From Nymphaea colorata (Eukaryota): DNA of 64,000 nt. Numbering within the stretch: position 1 is the first letter of the stretch; every line of letters begins with the position of its first letter. Below the pieces are notes generated by a model that had not been told where the DNA came from, made no database searches, and worked only from the letters and a program-made list of their open reading frames with translations. The stretch spans positions 23,746,001 through 23,810,000 of the forward strand of contig NC_045138.2 of assembly GCF_008831285.2 (NCBI RefSeq), read 5' to 3'. Of this stretch, positions 50,152-63,192 are shown piece after piece. The position numbers were made by a program, and so were the translations under genes.

Positions 50152-53100
50152 GAGCGTTTGATTGGTCTGTAACTTTGATTCTGGAATGAAAATTCCAAAA
50201 TCAAAGTTCCAGTTGAAGTGGAATTGAAATTTTCTATCCAATTCCCACTTTTGTTTGATAAGTTTGAATGTTCATTCCAGGATAGAAAATTTTTTGTTTG
50301 ATTAAAATGGAATGAAAATGTTCGAACAGGGAGACCGTTTGAATTCAAATAAACTGTTACAACCTGTTTAAAAGCACACCTCCATTACAATTTAACAAAA
50401 AAATTAAGGGCAAATTCCACTCTCCAGTAGAGGACAACAAGAGCTTTATTCCACGATTTTGGAAACTCTTCATTACGGCTAAGTTGAGGCAGCAATTAAT
50501 TCCTTGAAATAACAATTATGTTCCATAAAGTTAGAGTCTTGAGAAGAAAATCTAATGCTGGACTGTCAAAAATAACAAAATAGAATTAATAAGGAAGGAG
50601 AAGACCATTGAGAAGAAAAGCCTCAAGATTTAAGATGCTTCAAAATAGTTAAATTGAAGTTCTTGAACTTCAAAATTTTATTCTATAGTAAAGCACCATC
50701 AACAAAATTTTGTTGACCTCCATGCAGCCTGCATGCAATGCTTTAGCAAGAGACTGAAAAATAAATTATTCCATGTGACGAAGCCTGACTCAAGTGATAC
50801 TGATCTTTTTGGATGCTAGACTGTTGGTCAACATCTTTCTAGGCTTAGCTCCCAAAAAACTGACTCATCTTTATCTAGAATTTAGAGGAAGACACACACA
50901 AACCTAAATTGGAAGCTACAATATTTTGAATTTTACAAACCTTACCATTTTTCAGTTTCAAACCCATGTCCATTGACATCTTGTCAAGAGTTTTATTTTT
51001 GAACTTATAGAGCCAATCTCCGCTTGCAAAAAAAATCCAATTATTAGAATATTAATACGTACATCCAAAGTGACATAAATCAAACTCAAGACAAGTGGAG
51101 AGAAGTAAAAATATGCCATTGAGAACAAAGACTTGAGAATCAATACATTCAATTGTTAACTTACAAAATGTAAGGTAATGTCTACATATTAGAAGGCCAC
51201 ATATCACAAGATTTCAGAACCATGCCAGTAAGAAAAAAAGATGGGACCAACTTTACAATCTTCAATTTTCAAAGAACAATCATGAGATATAGTATTGGGT
51301 TAGGTGAAAATAAAAAAGTTCCCTTTTGCCCATCAAGAAATCTGGTCTGACAAGTTAGCTAAATCACCATTGGACCATAAAGAAATGAAAAAAAAATGTG
51401 ATGACGACACCATGTAAAATAACTAGATTTTATGTATGTTCATGAACAATATATTCACCAAGAACCATAATTACCAATTCATTGAAAAACGTTTGTCAAG
51501 TTGCATTTGCCATAAAGACTGTTTATTTGAATAAGAAGAAACAGATAAGTAAAGAATTTGATTTTTACATAGTAATTTCCATAGATTTGATGTCCACCAA
51601 ATTATTACTCCATGTATATCCAAATAATATAACTTCAAAAGAGTTTGTAATGTCTATGTTGCTGACTTGATGACTATTGCAAAACTATCATAGTGCTGAA
51701 CCGGTTTGCCGCTGAATCATATTGTAACTAAACAACTCAATTATAAATGATTTTGATAGCTTGATAGATTCCATCATCACTTCATCAAAGAAGAAGCGTG
51801 TTAATAGCTTGGCATAATAGCAGAGAGGTGCCTTTGTAAATCCCATATACCCATCATTTTGTCAAGAGGTGCTCCGAACAAATAAATATGTAAAGAGCAG
51901 TTTTGAAGAAAATAAACTACCTTTATGCACGAAAAACATTACCTAACCGACGGCCCTCTTTTTCTGCCCAAAATAAGAAGGATAAAAAGAGACATAACAA
52001 CTCAATTGTTATGATTGAAACAAAAACAATGATCAACCTCCTAATATAGTTTATATATAGTTGTGAATCATATAATTTTTTCATCATAACAATGACCATC
52101 AAATGCATCAAATTAAAGTATGAACATAACAATCATACACATATCCTATAGTAGTTCTATCCATACAATCATAACCATGTTCCAAAACTATGGCATGAAG
52201 CTCATCCATGCAATCACAACCCTATTCACAAACATTTACAACTTATGCAACTATAAACCAACATTCACTTTCTATATCATCCAATCATCTCTATAAGAAG
52301 ACACACACATTGATATTCACCTATAGTTGTCTATCTAGTAACTAAACCACAATTTAATGGTTAAAGTATCAAGAGTAGCATATAAGTGCTCCAATGTTCC
52401 CAATTGTCATACATGTCTCGTACTCCACCTTCATAATACTTTCAATGGGGTTTCATCTTTGAAGTCCTGTGAATCATGTATAGATCACACCATCTAATTA
52501 GAACAATAATGATAGAATGTTATGAGTAAAATTTGCTAACATAAACATGTAATCATTTAATATACATGCAATGGATAATCATAAATAAAGCACCACATAC
52601 TTATTATTTTGAAAATCTTGGAATATTTGATTTGTTATAGTGGTAAGCAAAGAGTTATTGTTTCTATGTTTAGATGTTTGTATTGCAAGTTCATGCTCAC
52701 TTAAAAATGTTGCATTTGAAGCATTATCATTTGATGGACCCTAATCAACATCAAACAACTCAACGTTTGGGTTATGTGTTATAATGAAACTATGAAATAC
52801 ACATGTAGTTAGTACAATGTGAACTTGTTTTTAAAGGGGTATTCTACTTGTGATTTCAATATAGGAAATAATTATTTTCATAGTCCAAATGTTATTTTTA
52901 CAGTCATTCTTAATGATGAATGTCTATGATTAAAAATTTCTCTACCTACTGTGTTGAATTTAGACATAAGATAGTGGTGACCTCTACATGGACTTAAAAG
53001 TCTAACAACATTTGGATAACTTCCATCAACAAGATAGTATTTACATACAAATTAATTGTATTGTCATCAATTGTTAGTACTGAATAAACAAATAGTCATA

Positions 53101-53900
53101 CACAATACAAGTACCTACACAATCAATTGGGTTATCAAGTGCACTATACAACACCTTTGAATCAGTTGCACTCCTTTTCCTCTTGTCATTACATAGTGGA
53201 ATCGCATGTCGAATTCAACTACAACGAATATATTTTGTAAAAGTACTCATTTTCTGTTACGAAATTTTGCTTAATCAGACATTGACACCCATGCAGATAT
53301 ACAAGTGCCATCTAGCACCTATGCAATCCTGTGTAGTTATAAAGTCAGAACTGTTCTAACATGGAACAAATAAATAAGCATGTAACACAAATATAATTAC
53401 CTTACAATATGGATGGAGTCGATAATCAATTTGAATCTTAGATAGAATGTCATTATTTGGTCATCAGATGTAATCTTGCCCAAGTCAACAAATCCTACGC
53501 AAACATGTATTGAAATATTTGCTTATGTTTGTCTTGAATGTTGAAATGTATTTTGACACGCATAGTTGCACTACCATATCCAACTATTTAAAAAAAAATA
53601 TGACTATTTGTTCCTTTACGCTTATATCATGTGCATCTTCCAATAACCCTCTACCTCTGAATGAATTACATAATCATAATGGTGTATACATCCATACATA
53701 GTTTATCCAAACAGTTTTGTGGATGTCCATGAATGATATTTTGAATAAAAAGGGAACCAACATATCTATATGGATGTACAATGCATGTAAACGTCTCAAG
53801 AAATTGAGCAGAACTACCAATGTGAGTTGAATTAAGAGTAATGATCTTTCATTGTCATCCAACATGTCTATTAAATAACATGCTCATACATTAACAATAA
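50152..53900 (-). mobile_element. Decayed PIF/Harbinger DNA transposon
   Basis: Left terminus GAGCGTTTGATTGG with repeated TGTTTGAT/GGAAT subterminal motifs, plus a nuclease pseudogene and possible Myb/SANT-like ORF scraps. The right end was not found. Confidence 0.7.
52760..53700 (-). pseudogene. Harbinger DDE nuclease (HARBI1-like) pseudogene
   Basis: Minus-strand fragments DCIGA.DGT (frameshifted), KYYLVDGSYPN, IFNHRHSSLR, FG...FPIL and YPFKKQVHIV..C.FH.FI. Confidence 0.82.
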
Positions 53901-54466
53901 AATTCAACATGAAATCCAAAACATATAGAATCCAGATATATCATTCAATAATTTGTATATTAAAACAAATGCATGCACATAAAAAAAATAACAATAACAT
54001 GTCGTGCGTATGTAGATGATAACATTACCAAGGCTATATATAAAAACAACTAATTAAGCAACTCGAACAATATATCATGCATAAAACCTTGATTGCTTTG
54101 CGATTAACCAAGATTATCATAACTCAGGTTCAAGGTTGAGGAAAAATGACTCTTTATGATGGACATCTAACATATCAAGTGCTCTTACCTGAATATCAGC
54201 ATCTATTTCTTAGTTCTTCTTGGGTAATAGATACTAGTTGAAACTTAGTCATCCATGTTACTACGTTACTTTCACTCACTTAGTGAAGCCCATATTTTAT
54301 TTCTAGCTCAACCAAGTGTAGTCTACCGAGATCAAACTTATATCATGTTTAGTCTACTTTAATTAGTTTAGCGTCAATACATATTGAGTTAAAGTGCTCG
54401 AGAACCAGCTCAACTTGCTTTTTCTCAATCACTAAACTCAATGGCATCAGTCACTTGTGTCAATTT

Positions 54467-54626
54467 GGAGCTGTTTGGGAATAGTAACATGTTGTTATTT
54501 GTCTCATGCATATAACCCAAAAATTTGCTAGATTCATTGAACACTTTAAAAGGTGTTTCATGAATTTACCCCACTTTTTTGGAAGGTGCATTAAATAGTA
54601 ACATACTGCTAGCTCCAACTAGCCCC
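54467..54626. mobile_element. Tourist-like MITE (old)
   Basis: Imperfect 34-bp terminal inverted repeat (about 23/34 by hand) starting GGAGCTGTTTGG, with TTT on both flanks. Confidence 0.5.
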
Positions 54627-55791
54627 TTTGAGTGCATTTTGAACTTATGTTAAGCCAAGACCTTACTAAAATTACACCATTCGTTCATCAAGTCCTATTT
54701 AACCAATCATGGTCTAAGTCCATCTAGTTCATCCAAATAAAACTCCATCTAAAACCATTCTTGAACCTATGTTATCCATTTTCCACATCTTGCTATTATT
54801 TTGCTTACCGACTTTAGCTTAAATCAAGTTGGTTTGTTTAGAAAAACTTATCTTTAGAGCAAATCATGTTAATTTTTCAGATGCAGTATGAACCAGTCTA
54901 GCTGAAAGGCTAACCTGCCATACACATATATTTGGAAAGTTGGATCATCCCCATATCATATTTTTGTCTCTCCCTTTGTTTTATGTACTTCATGCATAAG
55001 TTTCTATAAAGCCTTAGGGTCTTATCAAATTCAACGGGCCCCACAACTAAACCAAACCTACTAACCAACCTGACCTGCCCTAGAAATGTGCCCATACCTA
55101 GGCCACGCCACTATCTGCTCAGTCTGGCCCTACGAAGCCCAATCTGAACTTGCTGAATCTAGTGTGAATCCACTGGACTTAGGTTTCATCAGTTTGGTTC
55201 TTTTGAACCTAGCGCACCTAAGCCAAGTCTCAATCTGAACTCATTTCCAACTAAGCCAATTGAATCTAGCCGCAATTCATCACCTGGCCAACCTTGTCCA
55301 CGTTGGAGTTTGGAGGTGAATTTTTTGCAAGGGCATTTACGTAATTTTCTTACTGCTTTGTCATAATCCTCAAAAGGTGGGTACATTCTTTAATATTTCT
55401 GTGATAGTGAAAAAACCATTTGTGGACTCATGAGAGCTTCACCTCTAAACCACATAAAAAAAAATCTTGTACCCTCTTCTTCGTTTGGTACCATAGAGAA
55501 ATGGCCTCTTTCCTAACAGTCCAAGCCCATAAGGTGACATCATGTCACTTGTCAGTCAGCGGAATCAAACCAACTCGACCTGCAGCTTTGCATAACCAAG
55601 CTAGCTGACAATGGTCCTTTCAAATCCAAACCCGAGATTTGCGAGAGAGAGAGTCAGTCAACGAGCGTTCAACGCTTAACAGCCTTTTAAGTCCTTCCTC
55701 TTGGAAGAGAGTGATATTTCTGTAATTGTATATTATTTCCGGCGGCGTTAAATCCACGCTCCTCGATCACCACTTCTTCTGGTTCACCTCC

Positions 55792-57398
55792 ATGGGACGC
55801 TCTGGCGAACGGGAGGAAGAAGGAGTCGAGGATGAGCTTCACGATCGCCTCGTCTCCAACGGGCCAGAGGCTGGAGGTTCGGAAACCGGCGAGCTCCGCC
55901 CTGTCGTCTGCCCGATCCACTCCAATTTCGCCGCACTGAGCTCCGGTGACGTCCTCCGTTGTATCCTTGAGCGCCTTCCCCTCGCTGACCTTGCGCGAGC
56001 CGCCTGTGTCTGCCGGATTTGGCGTGTTGTAGCCTCCGATCAAGAAATTGTAAGCCGGTCTTTCCGATCACCCTGGAAGCTGAAGGAGATTGTCGGGAGC
56101 CCGTCCTCTACCGCCTTCTGGCGGGACAATCGGCTAGACCGATTCGCGATCTCGCACCGCATCCAGCGCGGGGACACAGTCGCCAGCCTCGCCGTGAAGT
56201 ATGGGGTTCAGGTGCGACAAGTATTCCTATTCTCTTAATGTTTTCCCTCTTTTTCTTTTTATTTTCTGCCGAGTCTTTCGTTCTTTTGCTTTTCATTTTG
56301 GAAAACGTCAATTATGGTTTTTAAATTCTCGTTTTCAAGTTTTGATTTTCACTTTCATGTCAGGGGTTCAGCTTAGAGGCTTCTTTTTTGAATTGGAAGT
56401 TTGACAGATACCTACGTTTATTTGTAAATTTTTGGTGCTACGATAGTTCCCTTCTATCCAAGGAATGTCGATATAATATCATCAATTGAATGTATAAAGC
56501 AAATAAGCTGTTATTTTCGCTGGTCCTAGCAAGTAGCTACTGTTTCTTTTGAAATGTATTTTGTTGATTTGAAATTTTGGAAGCACGAGTTGTTGGTTGC
56601 ATTTTATTGCTTAGTCGGTCTAATCCCATTAACAAATAAACTGATTCATGTGGATTACAAGTTTTAACTTTTTTGTGAAGTTGGTTTGAGTTACTTTCAT
56701 TCCTGGGTGCCTTTAACCAATTTGTCCGTTGGCGTTAGTTGCAGATTAGATTGGCTCTGGTATGTAATATCCCACATGCAGTCTTAGTTACCAGTGTCTT
56801 ATTGTTACCAAAATTGCTGTGAGCACCAGTGGATGTATCAGCAATTGTTTAGATGTGCGTATATAAGTATTGTTCCTTATGTACTTGTATCGACTATATA
56901 TTTGCAATTTTTTCTGTATGAACCCAAGTTTGAAGTCCTAGCTTCACTATTCAATTATCTATAATCCCCTTGGTCACCTTCCTCTGTTGTAAGTATTTCA
57001 CTAATCTGGCGCAGGTGATGGAAATCAAACGTCTGAACAATATGATAAGTGACCATGGCATATACTCGAGGGAAAGGCTTCTGATCCCTATAGGTGATTC
57101 AGAAGTACTTCGTGATGAGACCTGCTATATAGAGTTGGATAACAGTGCCAAAAGGGAGGTTGCAGTTTTATACCTGGAAGATGTTCCAGAAAAAAAAGGC
57201 AACAATATGGCTCCTAGAAGCTTGACAGATAGTGGAAAGAAAAAGATAGTTGACTCGATGAAGAGAAGTCTACAAGCAGATGATGGAACCGTTAAGTACT
57301 ACTTATCTATTTCTAATGGTGATCCCAGGGCTGCATTTTCACTATATTCAGAGGATCTTACATGGGAGGGTCAGTTTCCTGGAGAAGGGTTTCCTTAG
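55792..57398 (+). CDS. F-box protein with LysM domain (At1g55000-like), 2 exons, 267 aa
   Basis: Exon 1 is 55792-56211 (F-box DVLRCILERL...LARAACVCRIW; LysM start SHRIQRGDTVASLAVKYGVQ). Exon 2 is 57015-57398 (VMEIKRLNNMISDHGIYSRERLLIP...SISNGDPRAA). Phase-0 GT-AG intron. Confidence 0.93.
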
Positions 57399-59298
57399 TC
57401 AGAGACAGGATTTGGTGGTTGTGCATACAGCCAGTTTCGGTGTCAGGTGACTTGAACTTTGTCTTTCAAATGCCCACATGGTCTTGCCTCTGCAAGTTTG
57501 CTAGTTTCACCTGACAATAGTCCTTGTGGAAGATATGTACAAAATCCATGTGTCCACGTGAAACTTTTTTTTCGTGGTGTAATTGTTCCTACAACAAGAA
57601 CCTGATGGTTTTCTGTTCATGGAAAAAGAAAAGAACTTTATGCTTTTTCTCTTTGAGTTCTAGTCGATGCAGTGTAACCAAGACATGATCTGCCTTTTTT
57701 TTTACATGAAAACTGGTATTAGGGAGGCCCTAGTTGATGCCTTCTTTTTTCAAAACATTGTTTTATGGAAACAAATACAAACAATACAGTAAAATATATC
57801 GACCTCCCACACATGTACAATAGTAGTCAAGCTTAATTCAAAGGGAACATGTCGTACCGCTGAACTGAGTTGATAACTTGTGCAAACAAAATTAAACTGA
57901 AAGTGCACTCTTATCACCTCAAACTGAAAAAACAAGTCTACAAAAGCAATAAATGAAATAGGAGAAAACAAAAATCTAGCTCATGCTTGAAATAAAGGAA
58001 ACAAAAATCTAGCTATGCTCCAAGATTCTCCCATCCAAGAAATCTGGTTCGATCTGCTTGTCTCTGAATTGAAGAATTCCACCTCAGCCTGCCCTATACT
58101 TAGTTTGCTGTTCTTCAAAACCAGCAACACATAATAGTAAGAAACAATAAAAGAATCTGCAAACGAACGCAAATAATAGCTCTAAATTATCTACGCCAAA
58201 CTGCCTATTTAAGTACATGAAAGAATGCAAAATATCCTAATTAATCTTTACAGATTAAATTCTCGTAAGAACCTCAATAAGCACATAAGAATCAATTTTG
58301 TGCGGGATATGCACCATCGTATAGGGCGTCATGGACTCATGGCTACTGTAGTATGTGTCACTTGGCCGTGTTTAAGATTCAGACACAAACTCCACAGTAA
58401 GAAAAAGTCCACAAACGATAACAACCTATACTTGTAAGGACGTTGTATTCATACTTTTGAGATTACTAATTCAATTCCCTTTTATGAATTCGTCCTGACT
58501 TTTGGTTACATGTTTTTACTGCTCGGTTGTGGAGGTTGCCGCATGAGCTTCTTATGTATGGTGCAAGCATATTGAAATTTGCGGAGAAGCATGTACTACA
58601 TGACTGTCCATCAAACAAAGACTACCCAAATACAACAATCTGTGAAACAAAATCACATTGAGCCCCATATTACAAAAAACTGCCCATCCACAATATAACA
58701 CATAAGCTAAATAGCCGATAAAACAAAACTATCCATGCATTACACAACCACCTGTAAACAAAACCAGGTAAAATAAAACTTTCTATAGATTTCAAAACTG
58801 CCCATAAACAAAATTGCATTACAACATAACAATCTATAAAACAAAATATGAGATACTGAACAACTGTTGCAAACAACAACAATACGAACCCAACTAAAGA
58901 CATGAATCTTGTTTTCAAAAATACAATAAGCATTTGAAATTCCACAAAAAATTTTGTAAAATTTTACAAAAAACCTGCAAAATTATACACAAACGAAAAC
59001 TGGCATAAACGAATATGAGCAAACCAAAACTGCCGCGTCTAATTGTATAGCCGTACCCGTGTCTGCGTTACTAACGAATCCGGTCCAAACCTGTTCACGG
59101 TCGGTACCTCTTCTGTTCGAGGGGTAACACGCGAGGAGATATTCCGTGGGCCCCACGGTCATCTTATGCACCAATTTTCGTGCCCCGAGGTTGTGCACAA
59201 AACTCGATCCCGCCAGTATCGGCTTTGCTCGTCCTGGATCAAAGAAACCGGGAGCCGCTGCTCTGTGGATAATTCTCCTTTGCTGGAGGAGGGGAAAA

Positions 59299-62200
59299 AT
59301 GGAGGCGACGCTCAGACCTCTCTGCTCTCGCTTCCTCCTTCCCCTGCCTCCTCCTGCGACCCGTACTCTTTCCTCTATTCTCTCTCCTGTCCGCCTCCCC
59401 TTCCTCCGTTGGCGCATGCCAACGTTCGTCCGGTGTTCCAGCAGTCCCGCCCCTCCGGAGAAGGCCGTCGCTCGACCCTCATCGGAGCTGAGAAGGAAGG
59501 CGAAGGGGCTAACGCCAGACGAGAGGCTTGTCGCCCTCCGGAAGCAGTTTACTCGCCCTGACGTAGCCATCGACGCCTACATCATTCCTTCCGAAGACGC
59601 CCATCAGGTACCTAATTTCCGGCGCTTTTCTCCCGCCGCAGATTTTTCTGAAAATTACGCCGATCATTTCGTCGGATGTTCGTTATTAATCGATGAACAT
59701 TTTTTGCTTATCTCTTTTCCTTGGCTGATGTAAGTTGATGTTCCAACGCATTTTTGTGGCGTTTTCTACTGAATTGATGGAAAAATCAAGTCTTTGGATT
59801 GCGTGGAGACGATAATGGAGTATATTATGTGGTATTTTATAGGGATTGCTTGTAATAGTTCATCTGCTAATGTTTTTATCAGTTTTTAATGGTCAGTAAC
59901 TTCGGTCACGTCTCTAAAACTAGTTTCCAACTTCGTAGTTAAATATTTGAACTCGGCAGTGATTGACTAGGATCCGCAATCATCTTTCTTTTTTTATTTA
60001 TTTTGAACCATTCCGTGCTTGAATACCTTTGCAGAGTGAGTTCATTGCCGAATGTTTTATGAGGCGAGCATATATCTCAGGGTTCACTGGCAGTGCTGGG
60101 ACTGCTGTTGTCACGAAAGATAAAGCTGCTCTATGGACTGACGGACGATATTTCCTTCAGGTACTACTCTGAAACCTGGATAACATAGTTATATTGCATC
60201 TGAAATCTGAAAACTTGGTCGGTTCCTTTCTGCAGTTCCAAGTTGACTTATGAACAGGCATATCTAAAGCAGTTCTTCAATTTTTTCTTTTCTAAAAAAA
60301 TTGTTTTAGTAGTTAATTCTTGATGATTAGGCGGAGAATCAGCTGGGCCCTGATTGGAGTCTAATGAGAATGGGGAATCCTGGAGTTCCTACTACTGCTG
60401 AATGGCTGAATGATGTTTTGATGCCCGGTTGCAGAATTGGCATTGACCCAGTAAGTTCTTCACTGCTTCTGAAGTAAAATGGCAATATGCAAATAAATCT
60501 TATGAAATGAACAAATACATTTATGGGTTTGTTTCAGCTCACAGGAGCAACAGCCGACTATTTTTCTTACAATGCATGTGAATGAATTATAGATCATCCA
60601 ACAACTAACACCATGTTGTAGTGTATTGCTTTCAGATCCTTCTATTCGTATCTGTTTCAAGCTATTTTCAGTTTACAGATGATCTTGGGACCATTTTTTT
60701 TCCTTTTAAAATCTGATCCCACTTAGATTTCGCGGACCTTATATTTGTATTGTCTTAGGAACTATATTTTTTTTCAATTCTGATCCCATATGGTTATACA
60801 GGCCTTATATTTATCTTGTCTTTTTGGAGGCAGTAGCTGAGTCAACAAAGAACAAATGTATTTTTCATTTTTGCCTCCATTAGAATATGGAAAGAAATGG
60901 TGTGTACTTTTGACCTAGACCTTAATTGGTTTTCTTTGAGTTGTGTAGCATGTTAATGTTCATATGCTGCATAATTTATTTACTATGAATCCTACACAAA
61001 TGAGACAGGCCTTTGTGGTGATGATATTCATTGATTAGTACCTTTTAGGTTTCAAAAAGTTGTTGATGGTTCTGAAGTCAATCCAACTTCATCTCCAAAT
61101 CATGTTCAAAAATATCAGTGACATGTTGAGGATATTGTTTTTTATCGGCAAAAAAGAGAACACTATTATCAGAATAACATCAAGATGCTTTCAAAGTATC
61201 ACCAAAAATAAACATCACAGTATTATATATCTACATAATTACATATACATGTACAAGTATATATTTGTGTGTGTTTGATATGTGCAACCAAGATTTATGT
61301 TATTCTTCCCTTATTTAACAAACTCTTCCTTTTGTATGCATTTTAAATTTATATTTGCAGCTTTTGGTTTTTTAAAAATCAAAACTATTTTTTTGTATGA
61401 AACTAGTAAAAAACTCATATTTCATATAATATTGTTTTTATTTCAGTTACCCAAGTTTTTCCAACAGAAGCAAAGTGTAAGGAAATCTTTGAGGAAAACC
61501 TTCTTGAGAAACTAAGTAACATGGGTACAGGAGTTGCCCTAACATATGGTTGTTGGTATAAGATTCCTTGAGAAGGATATGGTTTGGCAACTAGGTACAT
61601 CTCGGATCAGCTTTGGTTCAGATCTGATGCAAAATATTAAACATGAACACCAAAAAAAGCTTGACACAGAGATAGGGAGAGAGCAAACAAAAGGAGGGAC
61701 AAACTCACAAGCTTCTTGCTGCTTGTCAACCTTGACATTGCACTTATCTCTGGAAAATCACACTCTGGCAACCCAAAAATCAATGACCACATCATGCTCT
61801 TTTACACCTCACCACCCCCTTCTTTGTTCACATTCTTGGAGGCCAAGTATTGACACACTCAGTTGGTATACCCAGTGAGAGAAAGAGAGAGAGAGAGCAG
61901 CAGATTTTCTTTTTAAAATTTGCATCAATGCTACACAACTTTTGCCTGTATTGCAAAAAAAAAAAAAAAAAAAAGAACTGAGTAAAAACTTATCAATTAC
62001 TGGCTAAAGTTTCTTTTACGACCCATCAATAAAATGCGAACCATGTTTCTATATAATTGTGCCATATCCCTGTGCCTAAATTTGATTTGTCCAAAGACTC
62101 CAAACCAATACCACCATACTTGCACCTGCTCCTGCACCCACCCTCTTTGGACTTCTTTGCCGGGTTCCTCTTTGGAGTTTTTTCCTCTTCAAGAGTATGT

Positions 62201-62586
62201 GCTAGCTTCCAACTAGCAATAATATTAGGATATTTTTGAAATTCAGAGATATAGTGCTTCATCATACAAATTCTCATGCCTTCTTGTTCTTCATGTTGTT
62301 GTGTGAGCAGTTTCTTTTTTCTTCAGATTCGGCAGAGGAACTTAGAGAAGTTTTGTCGAAGAAAAACCTTGAGCTAATTTGCATTTACAATTTTAATCTT
62401 GTGGATGAAATTTGGGATGAGTTAAGGCCAAGTCCTCCGATAGAGCCAATGAGAGTTCACAGTATCAAATATGCTGGCTTGGATATTTCATCCAAAATGT
62501 GTTCTTTAAGATCAAGGCTTGCTGAAGTTAGGGCAGATGCCATTGTTATCTCGAAGCTAGATGAAGTTGCTTGGTTGCTGAACCTG
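59299..62586 (+). CDS. APP2: Aminopeptidase P (Xaa-Pro aminopeptidase, M24B) with transit-like N-terminus, APP2-like; first 4 exons, continues beyond the window
   Basis: Exons 59299-59607, 60035-60160, 60331-60450 and 62311-62586, all phase 0. Motifs [37 protein letters not shown]...[11 protein letters not shown]|, IGIDP| and [10 protein letters not shown]. Confidence 0.92.
62040..62200 (-). mobile_element. Short L1-like LINE fragment in an aminopeptidase intron
   Basis: [15 protein letters not shown] resembles the post-RT 'K..GGLG...L...N' motif of plant L1 ORF2. Confidence 0.4.
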
Positions 62587-63108
62587 GTAATTATTTTCAG
62601 TAACTGCCCTGTTTCTCTGCTCATGCATACTTTCTGGAGCTTGCTCTTTACACTACATGTAATTAAGGAATCTGCTTCATTGTAATCATACTTAGACACA
62701 CGTGTGTGTGTGCACAAGCATGTAATAGGTCAGTCACCTGGGTGGCTAAAAGCCTAAAACTATAAATATTAAACAAAACATGTCTTCATGAGGACTTTCT
62801 GTTGTTAGGATAGGCTTTTAAGATAATATAAAAATTAATCATGGATCATCAATGTCGGAGCAATGCAATGACTTTTTTCCCCAGATAAAAGAATTTAATA
62901 TAATAAACAATTCTAAACACTTGCAATGTTCGATTTGTTTAGAAAAACTGTCCAGCTGCCTTCCCGCAGTGGTTCATGATGGCTCCATAATCGAATTAGA
63001 TAGGACTGCAGGACTAACAGATCAATGCAGTATTAGATTCATAGCTGTTAATAAGTTCCAGTACAAAATAGATGACACTAGGAAACAGCTTATGTACACA
63101 TACACAAT

Positions 63109-63109
63109 G

Positions 63110-63187
<78 letters not shown>
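63109..63187. repeat. Compound (CT)n(TA)n microsatellite
   Basis: Direct reading. Similar tracts occur near 1508, 19690, 26575, 27018, 30483 and 35572. Confidence 0.9.
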
Positions 63188-63192
<5 letters not shown>

